DNA of 64,000 bases from an uncultured Bifidobacterium sp. (GTDB lineage: Bacteria; Bacteroidota; Bacteroidia; UKL13-3): NCBI GenBank assembly GCA_964442045.1, contig CAYTWI010000007.1:1166-65165 (forward strand). The letters are read 5' to 3'. This document shows, piece by piece, positions 39,205-48,110 of the stretch. The position numbers and the translations under genes were made by a program. Under the pieces are notes generated by a model. That model was not told the origin of the DNA. It was given only the letters and a program-made list of their open reading frames with translations, and did not search any database. The first letter of the stretch is position 1. Every line of letters begins with the position of its first letter.

Positions 39205-40446
39205 ATGCTAAAAAAAATATTATATATAGGTACTCTGGTTCTTTCTGCAACCTGTCTGCATGCTCAAACTATAGTGAGCGATAATGCAGCATTTCTTGCA
39301 TCTATTGACTCGAATACTATAAAGCTTAGAAATAAGTTATTCCCGGTTGTTTGGCAAGGTGATTTGAATATATATGGATTTGATGAAAATGAAGTTCCAA
39401 TTTATTCTGATCAGGACATTAAAGCTAGGCTTGACTTATTAGAATCAGAAATTCCATTAGATTACAATGAAAATGTAAGACCTTACGTTGATTTGTATAC
39501 AGTAAGAAAGCGTAAATTATTGGCTAAAGTGCTTACTTTATCTAAACTATATTTCCCGATTATTGAAGAAATATTTGATAGAGAAGGAATTCCTTTGGAA
39601 ATGAAGTACCTGGCTGTAATTGAATCTGCTTTAAACCATAGTGCTACAAGCCCTGTTGGAGCTGCCGGTATGTGGCAGTTTATGGCGCCTACTGGTAAAA
39701 TGTATGGATTAAAAACTACCAATGCTTTAGATGAAAGACGCGATTTTATTAAGTCAACTGAAGCATCTGTAAAGTATTTTAAAAACTCATACCGTGTTTA
39801 TGGCGATTGGTTATTGGTAATAGCCAGTTATAACTGTGGTGTTGGAAATGTAAATAAAGCCATCAGAAAAAGTGGAGGTAAAAGAAACTTTTGGTCTATT
39901 ATGCCTTACTTACCTAGAGAAACCCGTGGTTATGTACCTGCATTTATAGCAGCTGCTTATGCCATGAACTATGCATCAGAGCATAATATTTACCCAACAG
40001 AACTGGATTTAAATTATCATACTGATACTGTTTTGGTTGATAACAGGTATTCATTAGAGCAATTATCAATTGCTTTGGAAATGCCACTTGATGAGCTAAA
40101 AGAATTAAATCCATCGCTTAGAAGAGGCTTTATACCTTTTACCGGTGAAAAAATTTCATTGACACTGCCTTACAATAAAGTAATCAAATTCTCATCTATC
40201 AACAATTTTGATAATTTGAATTTAGTGGATGAACACCTGATAGCCTTAGCTGACAAACAGGATAAAAACTATCATAAAAAGCATAAGCAGGAGAAAATTT
40301 ATTATAAAGTTAAAAGGGGGGATCTTTTAGCCTCTATTGCTGAACAATATGATGTTACCATAAAACAACTTAAAAAATGGAATCGGATAAAAAGTTCTAA
40401 ACTGAAAAAAGGACAACGATTAACCATTTATGCAAATAAAGCTTAG
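39205..40446 (+). CDS. Lytic transglycosylase (SLT domain) with C-terminal LysM, MltD-like
   Basis: SLT motif LAVIESALNHSATSPVGAAGMWQFM...IASYNCG and LysM YYKVKRGDLLASIAEQYDVTIKQLKKWN. Confidence 0.8.
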   Translation: MLKKILYIGTLVLSATCLHAQTIVSDNAAFLASIDSNTIKLRNKLFPVVWQGDLNIYGFDENEVPIYSDQDIKARLDLLESEIPLDYNENVRPYVDLYTVRKRKLLAKVLTLSKLYFPIIEEIFDREGIPLEMKYLAVIESALNHSATSPVGAAGMWQFMAPTGKMYGLKTTNALDERRDFIKSTEASVKYFKNSYRVYGDWLLVIASYNCGVGNVNKAIRKSGGKRNFWSIMPYLPRETRGYVPAFIAAAYAMNYASEHNIYPTELDLNYHTDTVLVDNRYSLEQLSIALEMPLDELKELNPSLRRGFIPFTGEKISLTLPYNKVIKFSSINNFDNLNLVDEHLIALADKQDKNYHKKHKQEKIYYKVKRGDLLASIAEQYDVTIKQLKKWNRIKSSKLKKGQRLTIYANKA

Positions 40447-40465
40447 TGTAAACTAAGCTTTTTTT
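40438..40465 (+). terminator. Rho-independent terminator overlapping the stop codon
   Basis: AAAGCTTAGT-GTAA-ACTAAGCTTT stem, with the TAG stop inside the stem, followed by TTTT. Confidence 0.7.
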
Positions 40466-40500
40466 ATGCACTAAAAGTTGTTATAAAATTCAATAAAATG

Positions 40501-40533
40501 TTGATAGTACTAAGTATAAATTAAATAGTTTTG
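40501..40533 (+). promoter_or_regulatory. Candidate Bacteroidota-type promoter for parC
   Basis: TAGTTTTG (40526..40533) matches TAnnTTTG 34 nt before the ATG. A TTG at 40501..40503 lies 22 nt upstream. Confidence 0.35.
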
Positions 40534-40567
40534 TTACTTAAAAGCCATTTAGAAGAATATATAATTC

Positions 40568-43285
40568 ATGGACGAATTAAACGAAAATAAAGAAGAAAAT
40601 AAAGACGGGCAAAATAAGAACGAATACCATGTTATTGCTGTAAATGGGTTATACCAAGATTGGTTTTTAGATTATGCAAGCTATGTTATATTAGAACGTG
40701 CTGTACCTGCCATTGAAGACGGTTTAAAACCGGTTCAACGCAGGATATTACACAGCATGAAGGAAATGGATGATGGCAGGTATAACAAGGTTGCTAATAT
40801 TATTGGGCAAACTATGCAGTACCACCCTCATGGTGATGCAGCCATTGGCGATGCTTTGGTCAATTTAGGTCAGAAGGATTTATTGATGGATTGTCAGGGT
40901 AACTGGGGTGATATTAGAACCGGTGATTCTGCAGCTGCTCCCCGTTATATTGAGGCACGCTTATCAAAATTTGCGCTTGAAGTAGCTTTTAACGGACAAA
41001 CAACGGCCTGGCAAAGTAGTTATGATGGGCGTAAAAAAGAGCCTATTGCTTTACCTATGAAGTTTCCTTTGCTATTGGCACAGGGGGTAGAAGGTATTGC
41101 CGTTGGTTTGGCTACTAAAGTTTTACCTCATAATTTTATTGAGTTAATCAATGCCTCTATTGATTATTTAAAGGGTAGGAAGTTTGATCTGGTTCCTGAT
41201 TTTCCTACTGGTGGTTATGTAGATGTAAGTAATTACAACCAAGGACAAAAAGGAGGTAAAATACGTTGCAGGGCCAAAATTGAAGAGTTTGATAAAAAGA
41301 CTTTATTGATTAAGGATATTCCTTTTGGAACAACTACCACCAGTTTAATTGACAGTATTATTAAAGCTAATGATGCTAATAAAATAAAAATTAAAAAGGT
41401 TATTGATAATACTGCGAAGGATGTTGAAATTGAAATTCAACTGGCTCCGGGTGTTTCTCCTGATATAACCATTGATGCTTTATATGCTTTTACCGATTGT
41501 GAAATATCAATATCGCCCAATACCTGTGTAATTATTGATGATAAACCTCATTTCATGTCGGTTAATGAGTTACTAAAGATAAGTACTGAAAAAACACTTG
41601 AATTATTAAGACGCGAGCTTGAAATAAGAAAAGGTGAGTTAGAGGAAAACTGGCATTATGCATCACTCGAAAAAATATTTATTGAAAACAGAATATATAG
41701 GGACATTGAGGAGTGTGAAACTTTTGAAGATGTAATTGATACCATTTGGCGTGGTATGAATAAGTTTAAAAAGTTGTTTATACGTGAGTTGAATGAAGAT
41801 GATATTTTGAGACTTACGGAAATAAAAATTAAACGTATATCAAAATATGATGGTTTCAAAGCTGATGAATATATAGCCCGTATACAAGCAGAGTTGGAGC
41901 AGGTAAAGAATGATATTGAAAACCTGCGTGCTTATGCAGTTAGGTATTTTGAAAATTTATTGAAGAAATATGGCAAAGGGCGCGAACGTAAAAGTGAAAT
42001 AAAAACTTTTGATGTTATTGATTCAAAAACCGTTGCTATAGCTAACCAGAAATTGTATTTAAACAGGGCCGAGGGCTTTGTGGGAACAGGATTGAAAAAG
42101 GACGAATACATTTGCGACTGCTCTGATTTGGATGATATTATTGTGTTTAGACGCGATGGTAAAATGCAGGTAAGCAAAGTACAGGATAAAGCCTTTATGG
42201 GTAAAGATATTCTGTACGCCAACGTGTTTAAAAAGAATGACGACAGGATGACCTACAATATGATTTATATTGACGGGAAAACCAAAATAAGTTATGCCAA
42301 ACGCTTCAATGTAACCGGTATTACCAGAGATAAAGAATATGATTTAACTTTAGGTACCCCTAATTCAAAGATTCTTTATTTTACTGCCAATCCAAACAGT
42401 GAGGCTGAGATAGTAAGTGTAACTTTAAGTCCGTTGAGCCATGCACGTAAACTGGCTTTTGACTATGATTTTACTGAATTAACTATAAAAGGCAGAGGTG
42501 TTCAAGGGAATATACTATCAAAATATTTGGTTAAATCTATTAAGCAAAAAACAAAAGGTATAAGTACGATTGGTGGTAGAGAAATTTGGTATGATGATGT
42601 AATTGGCAGATTGAATAGTGATGGCCGTGGTAAATATATTGGTAGTTTTTTAAATGACGATTTAATACTGGTGATGTATAAAGATGGAAACTATGAGTTA
42701 ACCAACTTTGAATTAACCAACCATTACGATGCACCGCTGGTAATGCATATCAATAAGTTTTATCCGGATAAGCCACTAAGCGTTGTTTATTACGATTTTA
42801 AACAGAAAACCTATTACGTAAAACGTTTCTTAATTGAAACAAAAACCATCAATTCTAAATTTTTATTTATAAGCGAAGGTGAAAAAAATACCTGTGTTGT
42901 AGCATCTGATTTAAAAGCCCCATTAATAAAAGTATTAACGGGTAAAAACAAAAAAGAGGCTGTGGAGGAAACCATTAACTTAACTGAGTTTATTGATGTA
43001 AAAGGATGGAAGGCTATTGGTAATAAATTGGGCGGAACCGAAATTTTATCGGTTGAAATGCCGGAAGGGCAGGCTGATCCTGAAGAGGAAAAAGTAAATG
43101 ACGAAAATACAGAGGAAGTTGTTAACCAACCGGAATTGTTTAATGATGACTTTATAAAAGAGGAGCAAGAGTTAGTGAAAAAACTTTTGGCAGATGATGA
43201 GGACGAAAAACCAAGTAAACCACCATTGCCTAAGTTAAAGAAAATTGCACCAAAAACAGATTCTGATCAACCTAAATTATTCTAA
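40568..43285 (+). CDS. parC: DNA topoisomerase IV subunit A (GyrA/ParC family)
   Basis: LDYASYVILERAVPAIEDGLKPVQRRILHSM, active-site AAAPRYIEARLS, 905 aa with an acidic/Lys-rich C-terminal extension. The ParC versus GyrA assignment rests on the Bacteroidota-type long form. Confidence 0.75.
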   Translation: MDELNENKEENKDGQNKNEYHVIAVNGLYQDWFLDYASYVILERAVPAIEDGLKPVQRRILHSMKEMDDGRYNKVANIIGQTMQYHPHGDAAIGDALVNLGQKDLLMDCQGNWGDIRTGDSAAAPRYIEARLSKFALEVAFNGQTTAWQSSYDGRKKEPIALPMKFPLLLAQGVEGIAVGLATKVLPHNFIELINASIDYLKGRKFDLVPDFPTGGYVDVSNYNQGQKGGKIRCRAKIEEFDKKTLLIKDIPFGTTTTSLIDSIIKANDANKIKIKKVIDNTAKDVEIEIQLAPGVSPDITIDALYAFTDCEISISPNTCVIIDDKPHFMSVNELLKISTEKTLELLRRELEIRKGELEENWHYASLEKIFIENRIYRDIEECETFEDVIDTIWRGMNKFKKLFIRELNEDDILRLTEIKIKRISKYDGFKADEYIARIQAELEQVKNDIENLRAYAVRYFENLLKKYGKGRERKSEIKTFDVIDSKTVAIANQKLYLNRAEGFVGTGLKKDEYICDCSDLDDIIVFRRDGKMQVSKVQDKAFMGKDILYANVFKKNDDRMTYNMIYIDGKTKISYAKRFNVTGITRDKEYDLTLGTPNSKILYFTANPNSEAEIVSVTLSPLSHARKLAFDYDFTELTIKGRGVQGNILSKYLVKSIKQKTKGISTIGGREIWYDDVIGRLNSDGRGKYIGSFLNDDLILVMYKDGNYELTNFELTNHYDAPLVMHINKFYPDKPLSVVYYDFKQKTYYVKRFLIETKTINSKFLFISEGEKNTCVVASDLKAPLIKVLTGKNKKEAVEETINLTEFIDVKGWKAIGNKLGGTEILSVEMPEGQADPEEEKVNDENTEEVVNQPELFNDDFIKEEQELVKKLLADDEDEKPSKPPLPKLKKIAPKTDSDQPKLF

Positions 43286-43294
43286 TAACAAAGT

Positions 43295-43984
43295 ATGCAC
43301 GAAGAAAAACACTTTGAGGGAAGTCAATTGGTTCGCGATATTGTAATTGGTATGAGTGATGGACTAACGGTTCCTTTTGCTCTTTCAGCGGGTTTAAGTG
43401 GTGCTGCTATTAGCAATAATGTAATTGTAACAGCTGGGTTAGCCGAAATTGTTGCAGGAAGTATTGCTATGGGTTTGGGTGGATACTTAGCAGGGAAAAC
43501 AGAAATTGACCATTATAACAGCGAAGTAAGAAGGGAGTATTACGAAGTAGACCATTACCCGGAGCGCGAAAAACAAGAGGTAGCTGAAGTTTTTGCTGAT
43601 TATGGTCTAAGTATTGAACATCAAAATATAATAGTAGAAGAACTGGCTAAAGATAAAGACCGTTGGGTTGACTTTATGATGAAATTTGAATTGGGTTTGG
43701 ATAAACCTAATATCAATGCGGCAAGGAACAGTGCTGCTGCTATAGGCTTCTCATATATAGTTGGTGGTATTATTCCTCTTCTGGCTTATTTTCCTGTATT
43801 TGGTTTAAACAATAACATGGCGTTATTTTATAGTTGTGTTGTTACAGCTGTCAGCTTATTTATATTTGGTTTCTTTAAAACAAAAATAATAGGTCAACCT
43901 CCATTAAAAGGAGCTGTTAAGGTTTTATGCATTGGTGCTGCTGCTGCTGCAAGTGCTTATTTTATAGCAGGCATGTTTAACTAG
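43295..43984 (+). CDS. VIT1/CCC1 family iron/manganese transporter
   Basis: LVRDIVIGMSDGLTVPFALSAG motif, a cytosolic acidic helical insert, and C-terminal TM bundle. Confidence 0.75.
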   Translation: MHEEKHFEGSQLVRDIVIGMSDGLTVPFALSAGLSGAAISNNVIVTAGLAEIVAGSIAMGLGGYLAGKTEIDHYNSEVRREYYEVDHYPEREKQEVAEVFADYGLSIEHQNIIVEELAKDKDRWVDFMMKFELGLDKPNINAARNSAAAIGFSYIVGGIIPLLAYFPVFGLNNNMALFYSCVVTAVSLFIFGFFKTKIIGQPPLKGAVKVLCIGAAAAASAYFIAGMFN

Positions 43985-43999
43985 CTTCTTTTTTACAGC

Positions 44000-44488
44000 A
44001 TGAGAAATAAATTATTATTATATATAATAGCCATCACTTTTGCTATAGAGTTAAAAGCTCAAAACCCAGTTGAAATAGGCTCTTTAAATACAACAAATGA
44101 AGAATTACTGATTTCTAATAAAAGCAAATCGGCTTTGCGTATAGCTTATATCAGAACATTTAATGATGGCAGGAAATTAGATTCTGTATGGGTAGAGAAT
44201 ATAGGAGGGAGAAAGTTTTTATTAATGGCAGGCACTCGAATGAATGTGAAGAGCTTAACTGCTGTAAGCATTAGTATTGTAAACAATAAAATTTATATCG
44301 AAAATACTACTGAAGTTAAAACATGTGCCAATGGTTCATGCACTGCCTGTAGCTTTTTTGTAGAGGGCTATAAAGTAGTAGCGTGTAAATGTGAATCAAC
44401 AGGAACAGTGAGTAACCATTGTACTTTTAAAGTAAACGATGCTGCTGTTTTTTATACTGTTTTATCAAGATTAAACACAGGGCAATAA
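44000..44488 (+). CDS. Hypothetical secreted protein with Cys-rich C-terminal segment
   Basis: Signal peptide. There are six Cys within CANGSCTACSFFVEGYKVVACKCESTGTVSNHC. I recognised no family. Confidence 0.5.
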   Translation: MRNKLLLYIIAITFAIELKAQNPVEIGSLNTTNEELLISNKSKSALRIAYIRTFNDGRKLDSVWVENIGGRKFLLMAGTRMNVKSLTAVSISIVNNKIYIENTTEVKTCANGSCTACSFFVEGYKVVACKCESTGTVSNHCTFKVNDAAVFYTVLSRLNTGQ

Positions 44489-44503
44489 TAGAATCGCAAA
44501 GGT

Positions 44504-46669
44504 TTATTTTTTTGCTCTTATATGACTAACCGCCATGCGTATCTGATCAAAAGTTACCTCTTTGGGTAACTCAGCTTTTAATTCACCAAAACGTTCCTTT
44601 CCATTTTGCAATAATGCTTCTACCTGAGTTATGATATCTTCTGTTACAAAATCAAGCGCGCTTAATTCACCCAAATCAACATAATGAGCTAGATGTCCGC
44701 CAATGGTAGATACTGCCATCCCTCTTATACCGGCTATTTCCTCTATGGTTTTGCCATTTTTATAGAGTTTAAAACTTTCTTCTTTTGAGTTTATTTTGGC
44801 TGCTTTTTCTTTACTACTTTCTGTTACTGTTTCGGGTATGTCATCAATAACACCATCTATTTTTAAATCGAAAGAACCTAGTGTGGCGTGTTGTATGGCC
44901 GAAATCTTTTTCCATGTAAAGTTTTTTACTTTTGTCAGGTTACTGATGAACTGTTTTGTTTTTTGTTTAGGCCTTAACTGTTCTTCTATAGTCTGAAGCG
45001 GTTTATAAGCCAGCTCCATTAGCTTTGGTGTAAAATATTGTTTAGCGCTTTTTATTCGTTCGCTTAGTAACTGTTCATTTAGTGTAGGCTGGGTAATAAT
45101 TTCTTCTATTCTTATTTTAAATTTATCAGCTATAATTCTTTGTTCATTTAAGCCGCGTATAATAGAAGCTAATTGCATTAATACCTCTTCTTTTTCCGGA
45201 ATTTGTTTGGTAGCAGTATAGGCTTCAAACTGGGTAAATTCGGTTAGTATTTTTCTTAAATCAAATGTTTTGTATAGTTGGATTAAACCATATTCAAACT
45301 TTGCCTGGTCCAGATTATCTAATAGTTCCTGTTCGTTTGATTGTTTCAAAGAAAATTGCACTATTCTTTCATCGCTAAGAATACTGTTTTGGTAAATCCT
45401 ACTCAGTAAAGTTAAGCCATCAAAAGTTCTGCACCTGCTTAATGCAACATATACCTGTCCGGCCGCAAATGAAGCACCTGCATCTATAGCTAACCTGTCA
45501 AAAGTTAATCCCTGGCTTTTGTGAATGGTAATGGCCCAGGCCAGCCTGATAGGGAATTGACGGAAATTTCCTATTTCTTCTTCTTCAATAGTATTTTCAT
45601 CCCGGTTTAAATTGTATCTTATATTTCTCCAGGTTTCTTTTTCTATTTTTAGTTCATCATCATTTTCAAAAACCACTACAATATCGTCCTTATGTATTGA
45701 TTTTATTTTAGCTAACTTTCCATTGAAATAACGTTTTTCAATATCGTTTTTAATAAACATTATCTGTGCGCCCACTTTCAACTCAAGGCTCTTTTCTGCA
45801 GGTAATGCTTTCTCGTTAAAATCGCCCGTAATCTCTCCTTCAAATACAAAACTTTCAGCTTCTATTTCTGCCAGCTTTTGTTGGTTCATATTATCGGCCG
45901 TGCGGTTGTGTGTGGTTAGCGTTATCAATCCATCTACATAACGGGCAGCCTCTGGGTCAAAACGTTCCTGTAGCAATTCAAAATCATATTCATCCATATT
46001 ATTATGGCGAATATTGTTCAGCAGGTTAATAAATTTTTCTTCCTTTTGGCGGTATATTTTAAATAACTCTAAATGTGCCGGGTTTAATTCGGCATAGGCC
46101 TGTGAACTAAAGAAGAAAGGACTCTTGTAATATTGGCTTAAAAGCGACCATTCATTATCAGTAGTTACGGGTGGCAACTGATACATGTCGCCAATAAATA
46201 ATACCTGTACGCCTCCAAAGGCTATCTGGCTCCGTTTATAATACTTGAGTGTTTCCGAAATACAATCAAGCATATCTGCACGTAACATACTTACTTCATC
46301 AATAATGAGTAAATCAAGTTCATTTAGTAATTCAATTTTTTCGCGATTGAATTTTACATTTTTAAAATGGGTAAATTTATTAACGTAATCTATCTGCCCA
46401 AAACCATGGTTTCCATCTTTAATAAAAGGTAAAAATGGGAGCTGGAAAAAGGAGTGCATGGTAACTCCACCAGCATTAATAGCCGCTACTCCGGTAGGTG
46501 CAACAACTACCATTCGTTTGTTGCAGGTTTGTTGTATATGTTTTAAGAAGGTGGTTTTACCTGTACCTGCTTTACCTGTTAAAAATAAACTGATGTTGGT
46601 GTTTTTTACAAGGTCGCTTGCCAGGTTAAAGGTTATATTGTCGTTATCAGTAGTATCAATGGCACTCAT
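44504..46669 (-). CDS. Pif1/RecD-like SF1B DNA helicase with C-terminal HTH domain
   Basis: Walker A LTGKAGTGKTT, VVAPTGVAAINAGGVTMHSFF (Pif1 signature region), IIDEVSM, FIGDMYQLPPV, TIHKSQGLTF, and a C-terminal EIAGIRGMAVSTIGGHLAHYV HTH-like module. Confidence 0.8.
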   Translation of the reverse strand: MSAIDTTDNDNITFNLASDLVKNTNISLFLTGKAGTGKTTFLKHIQQTCNKRMVVVAPTGVAAINAGGVTMHSFFQLPFLPFIKDGNHGFGQIDYVNKFTHFKNVKFNREKIELLNELDLLIIDEVSMLRADMLDCISETLKYYKRSQIAFGGVQVLFIGDMYQLPPVTTDNEWSLLSQYYKSPFFFSSQAYAELNPAHLELFKIYRQKEEKFINLLNNIRHNNMDEYDFELLQERFDPEAARYVDGLITLTTHNRTADNMNQQKLAEIEAESFVFEGEITGDFNEKALPAEKSLELKVGAQIMFIKNDIEKRYFNGKLAKIKSIHKDDIVVVFENDDELKIEKETWRNIRYNLNRDENTIEEEEIGNFRQFPIRLAWAITIHKSQGLTFDRLAIDAGASFAAGQVYVALSRCRTFDGLTLLSRIYQNSILSDERIVQFSLKQSNEQELLDNLDQAKFEYGLIQLYKTFDLRKILTEFTQFEAYTATKQIPEKEEVLMQLASIIRGLNEQRIIADKFKIRIEEIITQPTLNEQLLSERIKSAKQYFTPKLMELAYKPLQTIEEQLRPKQKTKQFISNLTKVKNFTWKKISAIQHATLGSFDLKIDGVIDDIPETVTESSKEKAAKINSKEESFKLYKNGKTIEEIAGIRGMAVSTIGGHLAHYVDLGELSALDFVTEDIITQVEALLQNGKERFGELKAELPKEVTFDQIRMAVSHIRAKK

Positions 46670-46750
46670 TCTTTACAATGATAAACGAATTACATAAATG
46701 CTTTTAAACATTTAATGTACCAATAAAAATAAGGCTTGTTTCTGGTTGAA

Positions 46751-47932
46751 TTATCGTGCTAATAAAATCCATGCATCAGGATTTTCGTTCTCATGAATGG
46801 TATTTAAAGCGATGGTACTTGCGTTAAAATCATTCAATTTTTTGTAAGTTACAAAAAACTTAATATCTCTCGATTTGGTTTTAGGATTGGCAATTAATTC
46901 TGCTTCTGGGTAGCCATCTTTGGTTAATTCCTGCAATAACTTATTAGCGCGTTTTTCTGTTTCAAAGGCACCCGCAATAATGTAGTATGATGATTTTTCT
47001 GCAATGGAAGCTGTTAATACTTCTGTTACTATTTCGTTAATAGGTTTGCTTTCTTCTGTAACACAAACAGGTTTCGCAATTACACTATCTGTCTTGTTGT
47101 TATCAGTAGGATTGTGAGTGTTGCTATCTATAATAATATCTTGAGCAGGAGGAGTTACAGGAATAGTTTTCTCAATAACCGCAGGAGCAGGGGTAACAGC
47201 TTCTGTTGCTGATTTAAAGTTATTATCGAACCAATTTTTTATAGTAACGCCTAAGTTTAATTCATTGTATTTATTTCTGATAGGGGTTAGGCTACCTTCC
47301 TGCAAAAAAATATAGGCATTTAGTGCCAACACTAAAACCAAAACCGAACCAATAGCAGTAAATGTTAAACCTCTGCCACTACTTCTTTTTGATTTTGTTT
47401 TCGGCAATACCGGTAGTACATTATTATTTACCACTTCTTCTGTTGTGGTAGAGGGAATAATAGTTTCAGTATAATTGGTAATTATTTTACTTGTTTTAAC
47501 TTCGTTTCCTGCATTAAGCCTGATAGGTTGTAAGCCAAATGATTGCAATAAAAAGTTGGTATTTTTATCAGGCGCAAAAACAAGATTTTTGTCTACATTA
47601 TGGGTGAAAATACCCAATCCTGGTAAAGCTATTTGTCCGTTATAGTTCAATAAATGATCAAAATTGGCCACTTCTGTTTCTATAATTTTAATAGCATCAA
47701 CATAATTTATTTTTAAATAATCGGCTACTTTGGTAGCTAAAAGACCATCGTTTAACTTTAATTGTGCATTAAAAGTGATGGTTTTTGCAGGCGGATTAAT
47801 GACCATAGAAACAGGGTCAATGGTAGCACTTTGCTGATGGGCTAAAAAGCCCCCCAAGTTTGGAACTATTACACAATTGTGGTTGTATAATAAGCTATTA
47901 ACTAATGACCATATATTAACTTCTACCTGCAT
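46751..47932 (-). CDS. HU-like (HU-CCDC81 type) / single-TM / SPOR domain protein
   Basis: Two N-terminal HU-fold-like repeats (VIVPNLGGFLA..., IALPGLGIFT...), TM LTFTAIGSVLVLVLALNAYIFL, a low-complexity linker, and C-terminal SPOR (YYIIAGAFETEKRANKLLQEL). Confidence 0.65.
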   Translation of the reverse strand: MQVEVNIWSLVNSLLYNHNCVIVPNLGGFLAHQQSATIDPVSMVINPPAKTITFNAQLKLNDGLLATKVADYLKINYVDAIKIIETEVANFDHLLNYNGQIALPGLGIFTHNVDKNLVFAPDKNTNFLLQSFGLQPIRLNAGNEVKTSKIITNYTETIIPSTTTEEVVNNNVLPVLPKTKSKRSSGRGLTFTAIGSVLVLVLALNAYIFLQEGSLTPIRNKYNELNLGVTIKNWFDNNFKSATEAVTPAPAVIEKTIPVTPPAQDIIIDSNTHNPTDNNKTDSVIAKPVCVTEESKPINEIVTEVLTASIAEKSSYYIIAGAFETEKRANKLLQELTKDGYPEAELIANPKTKSRDIKFFVTYKKLNDFNASTIALNTIHENENPDAWILLAR

Positions 47933-48110
47933 CTATCTTTATTAATTACTCAAATATAATGTATGCAATATAGTAAAAATGCCTAAGCTATCAACATTTA
48001 CGTGCAAAAAGTTAATTGCGACTTTTTGTTGTTTGGTTTACAAGTACTAATACGGTGGAAAACTTGTTAGCAGCTTACCTATATAAATGAGTTTGACATA
48101 CTTTTGTTTT

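Noticed and set aside
48005-48028. Inverted repeat CAAAAAGT-N8-ACTTTTTG between the UvrD-like and SPOR genes as a terminator.
   Set aside because: The stem is 8 bp, almost entirely A/T, and has no following T-run in the direction of transcription (minus strand). It is too weak to call.
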